This document shows, one piece after another, positions 56,779 through 64,000 of a stretch of DNA of 64,000 nucleotides. Position 1 is the first letter of the stretch. Each line of letters opens with the position of its first letter. The stretch comes from Candidatus Wolfebacteria bacterium GW2011_GWB1_47_1 (lineage in GTDB: Bacteria > Patescibacteriota > Minisyncoccia > UBA6257 > UBA9933). The position numbers were made by a program, and so were the translations under genes. Under the pieces are notes generated by a model. It did no database searches. It was given only the letters and a program-made list of their open reading frames with translations, and had not been told where the DNA came from. The stretch spans positions 683,969-747,968 of the forward strand of contig CP011209.1 in assembly GCA_001029635.1 (NCBI GenBank), given 5' to 3'.

Positions 56779-58371
56779 TTACTGTTTTGCCTTAAGCTGC
56801 TCCACGAGCTGCTTCATTATCTCAAGTAGCTGCGTCTGTAATGTTGCTATCTGTGCGCGAAGCGCATCACCACTTGCTGTACTTACTCCCAAGACCTGAC
56901 CGCCTTGCACTTTGTTCAGCTCCGCCCGCGTGAGCGAACCGACAAAACCTGAGGCCGGGTTGATGTTGTGCGCCTTCTGGTATGCAATAACAGCATTCTT
57001 CGTAACCTGCCCGAAGTATCCCGTGGCTGAAAGATTAAAGAATCCTTCCTTTGCCAATACATTCTGCAATTCGGTCACCGTATTGCCAGTCGAACCGATT
57101 GTAAGATTCTCAGAGAAGGCAAATGTTTCAACACCAAGCACCTGCCCAGCGGGCTTTTCGGTAATGGCAGGCTTTGCCGCGTTTACTACAGTGACCGGGG
57201 TCTCTACAACTGTCGACACCACAGCAGGAGCCGTTGTTACTACTGGTTGCCCATACGATCCGTAATACGTATAAGAACCTCCGCCTCCTCCTCCGCTAAC
57301 GACTACTACGGGAGCCGGTGCTGCGACATTAACTGTCCTCGTGCTCGTTGCTCCGTTTCCGGCAAGGTCACTGACCACATAGGTCACAAGATATGTTCCA
57401 GCAACGGTCGTGTTGACCGTGCTTGTAGTTACAATCCTAGCTGTAATATCCCCATCAATATTATCTGAAGACGTTGCCCCGGCATCCGTGTAAGTTCCTC
57501 CCACGGTCATATCGATCGGATTTGAACCAAGGAGGGAAATGGTCGGCGCGGTGGTGTCGGCCGGCGCCGTTGCCATGATCGTGATCATCACGTTGGTGAC
57601 GTTGTTGCTTGTATCGGTCAAGGTGCCCGATACGGTAAGCGATCCTCCCGCAAGGGTCTGGCCCAGTTCAGTCGCAAGGATGTTGTAGCCAAACAATCCT
57701 GCCGTTGTGAGGACATTGGCTCCTGCGACAAGCTCGATCGAAGGTAGCGGCTGCGAGGTGATCTGCAGCGTTGCCGCTTCGGAAACGGTGATACTTCCTG
57801 CTGTTGCCAAGTCGGTATCGGTGGCTTCAAATAAATTGAGGGCGATGCCGCTGTCCGTAACAGTGCCGGTCTTGTTGGCGAATGAGATCGCGGAAATGGT
57901 CGGCGCGGTGGTGTCGGCCGGCGCCGTTGCCATGATCGTGATCATCACGTCAGTGACGTTGTTGCTTGTATCGGTCAAGGTGCCCGATACGGTAAGCGAT
58001 CCTCCCGCAAGGGTCTGGCCCAGTTCAGTCGCAAGGATGTTGTAGCCAAACAATCCTGCCGTTGTGAGGACATTGGCTCCTGCGACAAGCTCGATCGAAG
58101 GTAGCGGCTGCGAGGTGATCTGCAGCGTTGCCGCTTCGGAAACGGTGATACTTCCTGCTGTTGCCAAGTCGGCATCGGTGGCTTCAAATAAATTGAGGGC
58201 GATGCCGCTGTCCGTAACAGTGCCGGTCTTGTTGGCAAATGAGATCGCGGAAATGGTCGGCGCGGTGGTGTCGGCTTCAGCCATTGCCGAATTGATCGGC
58301 AATGCCGAACTCGCAGTGCCTATGAGAGCTACTAATATAAGAACCTGAAACAAGGACTTTATTTTTGACAT
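56779..58371 (-). CDS. Secreted protein with a duplicated 119-aa domain, a DUF5011-like Ig domain and a C-terminal PG-binding domain
   Basis: DTTAPTI.L.G.NP.....G.TYTD.GA...DN.DGDIT; L..GS.G..V..LQ..L...TGYFG..T..AV..YQ. Confidence 0.85.
   Translation of the reverse strand: MSKIKSLFQVLILVALIGTASSALPINSAMAEADTTAPTISAISFANKTGTVTDSGIALNLFEATDADLATAGSITVSEAATLQITSQPLPSIELVAGANVLTTAGLFGYNILATELGQTLAGGSLTVSGTLTDTSNNVTDVMITIMATAPADTTAPTISAISFANKTGTVTDSGIALNLFEATDTDLATAGSITVSEAATLQITSQPLPSIELVAGANVLTTAGLFGYNILATELGQTLAGGSLTVSGTLTDTSNNVTNVMITIMATAPADTTAPTISLLGSNPIDMTVGGTYTDAGATSSDNIDGDITARIVTTSTVNTTVAGTYLVTYVVSDLAGNGATSTRTVNVAAPAPVVVVSGGGGGGSYTYYGSYGQPVVTTAPAVVSTVVETPVTVVNAAKPAITEKPAGQVLGVETFAFSENLTIGSTGNTVTELQNVLAKEGFFNLSATGYFGQVTKNAVIAYQKAHNINPASGFVGSLTRAELNKVQGGQVLGVSTASGDALRAQIATLQTQLLEIMKQLVEQLKAKQ
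57535..58275. repeat. Near-perfect 357-bp tandem duplication
   Basis: Anchor GGAAATGGTCGGCGCGGTGGTGTCGGC recurs at 57535, 57892 and 58249; about 4 nt differ between the two units. Confidence 0.92.
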
Positions 58372-58774
58372 AGGATTATTTAGTTAATTAATTTACTCGC
58401 ACAGTGTTGCCATATTATTTGTTTAGATCGGCAATACTCAAACACACTAAAAAACTGATTCATATCAGTCAATATGCTTCGGCGATACGAATAACCATCG
58501 ACACCCGGGCTTATCTCTCCCCAAAAACTTATCTTCTTCCTCTTCTTCTATTCCCTCTGGCCGACTAGATCGTTTCTTACAGTCGCTTTCTTCTCTGTGC
58601 ATCTCAACTACTATAGGTAGCTTGGTCCATAATTTTGACTTTGTCAACTTTTTACCTACCAGTAGGTAGGTGCCTGAAAATGAACCGCGGTCTCTTATTC
58701 GTGGTTGGTTAACCCAACTCAAATAATCTTCCACTTTATCTCTTTTGGTTTTTCCGCATTCTCCTGTATCATAT

Positions 58775-59101
58775 ATGAATATGACACTTATTTATGGAAT
58801 CGATACCACGCAGCCGATCACACCACGTATGGTGCGCGATGCGATCATCGAATGCTTTCATCAAGCGCACGACGAAGAACTAAGAAACAGAACAGTAGAT
58901 GAACAAGTTAACCGGTCATTTTGCGCGGCTATTGTCGAAAAGGCATTCCTTGATATCGGTGCCGATTTTCAAAATCCCACAAAAGAAGATCTCCTTCGAG
59001 TCATCGAGCAGCTTGCCGTTTTTACCATACAATTCCGAGATCCATTAATTGTCGACCGCCATATAGCGGAAATACGACAACTCATCGATAAACTCCCCTA
59101 A
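58775..59101 (+). CDS. Hypothetical helical protein
   Basis: YGID...ITP.MVRDAIIECF..AH...F.NPTKE.L; likely start MNMTL at 58775. Confidence 0.75.
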   Translation: MNMTLIYGIDTTQPITPRMVRDAIIECFHQAHDEELRNRTVDEQVNRSFCAAIVEKAFLDIGADFQNPTKEDLLRVIEQLAVFTIQFRDPLIVDRHIAEIRQLIDKLP

Positions 59102-59150
59102 GTAGAAACGGGGGTCAGATACCACTATTTTAGAAAATGTTCGCATTGCT

Positions 59151-60053
59151 CTATCCTCTCTTCAGATAGACTTTAACAAAAGCGCTTTTTAATTCAGCTG
59201 CTTTAGCTGATAAACTATCGGCATTACCAGTCTTAGCTAGTACTAGCACTTCTTCAAGCCTTGCTCGAATTGCTTGGATTTCACTATCGTTAGCCTCCGC
59301 CTCCACTGCCTTTAATTTATCACTTACCCCAGGATAGACATTTATGACGCCGGCCAAGTCTTTTGCGTCAGCTTTTGCAATTATTTCTTCCATTGCGTCA
59401 TGAAAATCGACTAACGATACCGCGAGCATGGAAAATCCATTGCGCTTCAAAATATCCTGGAAAATCGGACGCACCTGTTCAAAATTTATGTGCGCCTCCT
59501 GTAGATCTCCATCCTTAACATCTTCTTCAAGTCCTGTAATAATATCTGACACTTTTACTAGATCGGCATTGAATTGACTATCTTTTTTCAATACATACGG
59601 ATGAAATTTTTGATATTTATTATTGAATAGCGTGAATTCAGAAACCAACTTAGTATAGTTATCCAATGCTTCAACTCTCTTATCTTGCCCCGTATAAAAT
59701 AGCGTTTGCTTATAATAGTTATTCATCCTATTATAATCCTCAAGAAAAAATTTCTTTGTGAAAAAATTACTATAATAACTACCAGCAACTGCAATCACGA
59801 CAAATATCACAATGAATAACCCTAGGACTACTTTAGAAACTTTCTTATTATCTTGTTTTTCCGTATTTATCCCTAATACCTTATACAGACCACAAAAACC
59901 TGTTCCAGCAGTTATAAGCATTGCCGCTGCCATCACGTAGAAAACTACTTGCCCAGTACCACTAAACCAGAACAGCGCAATGATAAATAATATCTCGGCT
60001 AGAATGACTCTCGCTAATCGATCGAGGATATTTTCGTTTGGGATAATTTTCAT
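59151..60053 (-). CDS. DUF2892 (YgaP-like) membrane domain fused to an extracytoplasmic helical domain
   Basis: N....DR..R, T...GFCGLY..LGINT; AT-rich coding sequence. Confidence 0.8.
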   Translation of the reverse strand: MKIIPNENILDRLARVILAEILFIIALFWFSGTGQVVFYVMAAAMLITAGTGFCGLYKVLGINTEKQDNKKVSKVVLGLFIVIFVVIAVAGSYYSNFFTKKFFLEDYNRMNNYYKQTLFYTGQDKRVEALDNYTKLVSEFTLFNNKYQKFHPYVLKKDSQFNADLVKVSDIITGLEEDVKDGDLQEAHINFEQVRPIFQDILKRNGFSMLAVSLVDFHDAMEEIIAKADAKDLAGVINVYPGVSDKLKAVEAEANDSEIQAIRARLEEVLVLAKTGNADSLSAKAAELKSAFVKVYLKRG

Positions 60054-60136
60054 ATGCTATAAGTATATTCTTATATTTATCTCAAATAAATAGGCGCCCA
60101 CTATTCCTCAAAATACGTCGAAGGCGAATGTATTTT

Positions 60137-60190
60137 TTGCTCCGCCCAATGAGCGACGTTAGAGCCTCATTTTCTCTACATAATTTATAA
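60137..60190 (+). pseudogene. Orphan peptide tail 1 (LLRPMSDVRASFSLHNL*), a possible recombinase C-terminus or att scar
   Basis: Aligns in register with LLEYQDAFRTF at 60948; weak similarity. Confidence 0.35.
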
Positions 60191-60238
60191 AAACCGCCCT
60201 CATTACTGAGAGCGGCTGCGTGATTTTAAATCAGTTCT

Positions 60239-60619
60239 TTATCCTTCTACTTCAACTTGAAAACCACCGTAAGCCATTCGCTTCATATCAAAAGGCATCA
60301 GTATATTTTTGTGTCCTTCCATCTGATTATTCATGTCTTTCATCACTTTAGCATTGACCTCATCTCGATGCTCTTTGGATTTAAAGACTATGAAAGAAAA
60401 CCAAACTATATCCTCACTTGTTGCTCCAGTCATTTCAGGAAATGCACGTGCTTTTTCACCCCCCATTTCCTGTGGAACAAGATCGTCACCTCGACATTCA
60501 TAGTATTCAAGCGCACCATACTTTATCCAAGTATCACGGCCACTTTCTGCCATTTTCTTGTATTCTTCAGCTTTGTCCTTTGGAACTACAAGTACAAATC
60601 CGTCTACATATTTTGCCAT
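60239..60619 (-). CDS. DUF1428 (YbaA) family protein
   Basis: YVDGFV..VP, GAL.Y.EC.GDD, FS.I.F.S..HRD.VN.KVM, MPFD.KRM.YGGF. Confidence 0.92.
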   Translation of the reverse strand: MAKYVDGFVLVVPKDKAEEYKKMAESGRDTWIKYGALEYYECRGDDLVPQEMGGEKARAFPEMTGATSEDIVWFSFIVFKSKEHRDEVNAKVMKDMNNQMEGHKNILMPFDMKRMAYGGFQVEVEG

Positions 60620-60744
60620 ATTTTATTTACCACCTTTATAATAGTTATTATTACTATTAATATAGCATTTACCAAAATCAACCACAACGCATATTTTTTG
60701 AAATAGTAACGGAACAAGATGTAACCCTGGATTTTGAGGTTATT

Positions 60745-60900
60745 TTTCTCCCTGGAAGGGAATCGCCCCCGTCGTCGCTTTCGCAAGCTCAAGTTCCTCT
60801 CAATAGGGCTTCCGCCCTCTTGTCCTCGCTATGCTCGGTCACCCCAACGGGGAAATTACAATTTCCCCGACCCCCTAAGAGGTTTCTCATCTGCACCCGC
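60745..60900 (-). other. GC-rich structured non-coding element
   Basis: CGGGGAAATT/AATTTCCCCG stem at 60848-60869; AGGGC-GGAA-GCCCT and TTGC-GAAA-GCGA GNRA hairpins on the minus strand. Confidence 0.5.
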
Positions 60901-60907
60901 AAAACAA

Positions 60908-60947
60908 AAAGCAAAAATACGATCCATGCGGACCGTATTTTTGCTTT
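60908..60947. terminator. Bidirectional terminator-like hairpin
   Basis: AAAGCAAAAATACG...CGTATTTTTGCTTT, a 14-bp stem. Confidence 0.7.
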
Positions 60948-61052
60948 CTGCTCGAATATCAGGACGCGTTTCGAACTTTTGACTGGGTTGGGGCGTTTCC
61001 GGATCCAGGAATTACGCTGCGACAAATCAATGGGCTATTAGCACTGGTATAA
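60948..61052 (+). repeat. Orphan peptide tail 2 (LLEYQDAFRTFDWVGAFPDPGITLRQINGLLALV*)
   Basis: Homologous to 61559-61675; no obvious translation start. Confidence 0.7.
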
Positions 61053-61131
61053 ATACCCCGGATCTCGTCCGGAGCTTTTGGAAACATATAAATTTGACCC
61101 CGCCTTCCTGCTGGCTTATGCTTGGGCTTAA

Positions 61132-61521
61132 ATGGACCCAACGACATTTTATACTACATATTTCTTTCCATCGATTTGCCAAATTGTCACTTCTATACCA
61201 ACGTCAGAACGAAGCGCATTTTGGCTTATTATAGGACTTTTGGGATTTTGGGGATGGGTTGCTGTGATTATCGCCTTTCTTATTTGGGGTGCAATTGAAT
61301 TAACTCTTCGCCCAGGCAAATCGGCGAATGGTTGCACCTGGGAATTTAATGTAGCCGTCGGAAGCTTCACCTTTGCAGTATTCCAGTCGATTACTTATTT
61401 ATTTTTTAGTAAATTATTTGAGCCTTCGATCTACTGCACAATTTGGCCTAATCTTAGTTATTTACTTGTTTTTCCCTTAGTCTGGCTCTTCCTTCGGGGA
61501 ATTGGCTTTTGGGTATATTAG
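61132..61521 (+). CDS. Hypothetical membrane protein
   Basis: 129 aa with 3-4 TM segments; lies between tails 2 and 3. Confidence 0.7.
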   Translation: MDPTTFYTTYFFPSICQIVTSIPTSERSAFWLIIGLLGFWGWVAVIIAFLIWGAIELTLRPGKSANGCTWEFNVAVGSFTFAVFQSITYLFFSKLFEPSIYCTIWPNLSYLLVFPLVWLFLRGIGFWVY

Positions 61522-61558
61522 CTTTTCTTTACTTTTTAAATTGGCAAGTGCAAGGTAA

Positions 61559-61675
61559 GGCCCCGTGAGGCATAATTTACACACTTCTGACTGGATTGAG
61601 GCGTTCCCTGATCCTACTGTTACGCTTAGGCAAATTAATGCGTTATTAGCACTAATACAAAACTCAAATTGTTAA
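61559..61675 (+). repeat. Orphan peptide tail 3 (GPVRHNLHTSDWIEAFPDPTVTLRQINALLALIQNSNC*)
   Basis: 17 of 23 aa identical to tail 2 counted from DW; in-frame TAA immediately upstream. Confidence 0.7.
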
Positions 61676-61687
61676 AAGTCTGTAAAA

Positions 61688-62260
61688 TCAAAGCTCACTA
61701 ATATTATCGTCTTCATTAATTTTCAATTCTGATACTGTATTTTTAAAAAAGGCAACAACTTTAGCAAAAACTTCGCCTGGATGATCATCTCCTTGGTCGA
61801 ACGCCAACCGTTCATTTTTGGGATCTACAAATAATTGGGTTTTTGTCTTGTCCTTCTTATGCCCAGCTAAAACCATCAATTGCACTTCCTTTTTCTTATT
61901 CCTCGACAACTTAACATCCACCCAATAATCATTGTCTTTTAGCTCTTCTCGCTGTATGCGTATAAGTTCACCATCTATGTTGATTATTTCCGCGTCTTTA
62001 TATTTTTGCGACTCAATAATATCCAAAAGGTCAGAGACTTTCTCCTCTATTGGTTTATTTAAAGTTATTTTAAAATCACATCTGGAACAGCAGTATTTGT
62101 ATTCACCAATAGAATATACTTCTTTAGATTTCTTTAATTTACAATTACACTTCTGCTTTGGGCATAATGCAATTTGAGAACAAGGGTTTCCATTAATATC
62201 ATAATCAATGTCCCAGTGTAGCCCCTCCCATAAATATAATTTTATTTTTGAGTAATCCAT
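61688..62260 (-). CDS. Hypothetical protein with a Zn-ribbon-like Cys cluster
   Basis: CPKQKCNC...CCSRC; starts 10 bp after the HerA stop. Confidence 0.7.
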   Translation of the reverse strand: MDYSKIKLYLWEGLHWDIDYDINGNPCSQIALCPKQKCNCKLKKSKEVYSIGEYKYCCSRCDFKITLNKPIEEKVSDLLDIIESQKYKDAEIINIDGELIRIQREELKDNDYWVDVKLSRNKKKEVQLMVLAGHKKDKTKTQLFVDPKNERLAFDQGDDHPGEVFAKVVAFFKNTVSELKINEDDNISEL

Positions 62261-62270
62261 CTTATTCTAT

Positions 62271-64000
62271 TTATATTTCCTCGCCTTCTAATGGATCCTG
62301 TTCAGTATCACTACTTATAAAAAACTTCTGATCATTCAACTTAATAATTACTGGCTGCTTCAATCTCAACCCCTTTCCGATTGTAATAGCACATCTTTCT
62401 TCGAGGGTCGACAATGCGTCAGCATAATCTTTCCCAATATAATTGGAAAGGAAATCTTTCCCGGTGTCATCAAAAACTCTGAGTGCAAAAATTGTATTAC
62501 ATTGGTTTAAGATACTCTTGCTTATATTTGCCGTTCTCTGAGTAATAACAAAACAACCAAGTCCATATTTCCTACCCTGTAGTATGACTTTTGCGGTTCC
62601 GCTTGTTGCCCTTTCTTCGCCTTCATTTGAGGCTGACGACCATTCTGGGACAAGAGAATGCGCCTCCTCGTACACTAAAAGACACCGAGGCTCTTTAGTG
62701 CGACCTCTTTTCTTGCAAATATCCAGCGCAATTTCTGAAATAATCCTTGTTATCTCGGCAACGCTTATATCTCTCATTGGGGCCTGATCTTCCCAATCAT
62801 TTTGCCCAGGACCAATTTTTTTCGGCTTTATGTCATTAGTTTGAATACTTACAAAAAAATTCTCTGGATTTATTATTAAAATCTTGGAGCCGGTCGTGGC
62901 ATCAATAAATTTAACCAATTCCTCCTCTATTGCCATCTTAAACTCCTCATAATTGCCACCCTTGTGCTTATCTTTATTAATCCTTACATAGCTTGAGGAA
63001 ATCACTGTATTTATCCGACTCTCATCTATTGAAGATGCGCCGCATCCATAACGAGCGAGCTCCTCAGTATATTCATTTGTAATATCTATACAAATTACTT
63101 TGGCTGATGTTTTCTCTACTATCTTTGTAATAAGTTCGTAAGTAAGACAAGATTTTCCTATCCCCAAAATACCCAAAATTGCTGTATTATGTGTAATTAA
63201 TGAGGCATAATCTTTTATAGGTATTTCTAAATCCGTTTCAGGCAATCTTCCTATAGAATTATGGGCTATTCGCTCGATTTCTTCAGACCCCACTGTCCCG
63301 GAGTAGGCAAAAAATACCGGCGAATAAATATCCGGGACCCATTTGCTAACATCTAATTCTTTCAGTTCCCTGTTATATTTACCCAACTTTCTTGCTATGC
63401 CTATAACGTATCCATGTGTGTCAAAATTCTCCAAATGCTCTTCCTTTGTATTCCCATTTATAACCTGATATAGCACTTCATCTCCATATATTGTTGTTTT
63501 TAAAATAGATCCTTCTGAAACATTCTTTTCTTCGCCAATATCCCTTATAACTGAAAAATTAACTAAATTTATATTCGATCCAGCGGCAATATAGCCAACA
63601 AAATTATCCTTATTCTTAAATAATATATTTTCATAAATTATATCTTTTTCATCTGCTCCTAATGAGTCGGCATCGATTAAATACACCCCATTATCTTGTG
63701 CAAAAATAGAACGATCATCAGTTATTCTTTTTTTAGACTGAAGATTTATCCTAATCGGATTGCCTTCCTCATCGCGAAAAAGATAGACACTTAGCCATCT
63801 CTTATTCAATAGATATTTCTTATTTATCACCATTCCAACGGATCCAATATTTGAGCTTGTTTCCATGGCAACAAGATCGCCATACTCAGCATCTCCATTG
63901 TTCTTTTTGTCATAAAAATCAATCTCTACTTTATATAGAGATGGATTTTCGCATCCGATTGCAACCCCCAATCTTTCACCCTTCTTATTCTTAAATACCC
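62271..64000 (-). CDS. HerA/FtsK-like ATPase (DUF87), 5' end probably beyond the window
   Basis: HNTAILGILGIGKS, LLVYEEAH, GRKYGLG...ITQR, ILNQCNT; the frame stays open to the window edge. Confidence 0.9.
   Translation of the reverse strand, partial: VFKNKKGERLGVAIGCENPSLYKVEIDFYDKKNNGDAEYGDLVAMETSSNIGSVGMVINKKYLLNKRWLSVYLFRDEEGNPIRINLQSKKRITDDRSIFAQDNGVYLIDADSLGADEKDIIYENILFKNKDNFVGYIAAGSNINLVNFSVIRDIGEEKNVSEGSILKTTIYGDEVLYQVINGNTKEEHLENFDTHGYVIGIARKLGKYNRELKELDVSKWVPDIYSPVFFAYSGTVGSEEIERIAHNSIGRLPETDLEIPIKDYASLITHNTAILGILGIGKSCLTYELITKIVEKTSAKVICIDITNEYTEELARYGCGASSIDESRINTVISSSYVRINKDKHKGGNYEEFKMAIEEELVKFIDATTGSKILIINPENFFVSIQTNDIKPKKIGPGQNDWEDQAPMRDISVAEITRIISEIALDICKKRGRTKEPRCLLVYEEAHSLVPEWSSASNEGEERATSGTAKVILQGRKYGLGCFVITQRTANISKSILNQCNTIFALRVFDDTGKDFLSNYIGKDYADALSTLEERCAITIGKGLRLKQPVIIKLNDQKFFISSDTEQDPLEGEEI

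Noticed and set aside
58380-58734. c-di-GMP-I riboswitch, or the 89-aa ORF upstream of the PG-binding gene
   Set aside because: Only a GATCTAA...ATGGCA fragment resembles the motif; GGCAAA and GACGCAAA are absent. The ORF has no supporting features.
60685-60696. CAACGCATATTT match to the MITE terminal repeat
   Set aside because: Only 12 bp with no partner repeat; may be chance.
60734-61147. Short overlapping ORFs, or an intact tRNA
   Set aside because: The ORFs run through hairpin DNA, and no complete cloverleaf can be built.

Overview
Bacterial chromosome segment, mostly minus-strand genes. Gene content (cohesin, dockerin, IPT/Ig, CAP and PG-binding surface proteins, single-domain receivers, AT-rich leaders, many ORFans) suggests a Patescibacteria/CPR (Parcubacteria-like) genome; this is inference. 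I saw no rRNA, intact tRNA or CRISPR array. Blocks: (1) 1.1-11.6 kb, a 2737-aa IPT/Ig adhesin with a C-terminal dockerin, then a membrane-anchored cohesin protein and a receiver protein; (2) 11.7-26 kb, metabolic and housekeeping genes (DUF4015, PRTase-Prs-hydrolase, TruB-like, ABC-F, gamma-PGA hydrolase, QueH, SdpI, DEAD helicase with a structured leader); (3) 26.6-31.8 kb, receiver, Ig protein, histidine kinase and DUF262; (4) 31.8-49 kb, RNase H, MgtA, hemerythrin, SET, Xth, a ccdA-thioredoxin-msrA-msrB operon with a permuted CcdA, and oleate hydratase; (5) 51-58 kb, secreted repeat proteins; (6) an AT-rich island from about 59.1 kb, ending in a HerA/DUF87 ATPase. Cargo genes in the island are separated by start-less, codon-conserved peptide tails resembling recombinase C-termini or att scars, a candidate cassette-accretion system. 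Non-coding signals: a MITE-like family carrying REP hairpins (26.3 and 50.4 kb, degenerate at 11.6 kb), an IS200/605-end-like remnant (38.0 kb), a candidate antisense sRNA (23.45 kb) and a GNRA-rich structured element (60.8 kb). All family calls come from motif recognition, not database searches.
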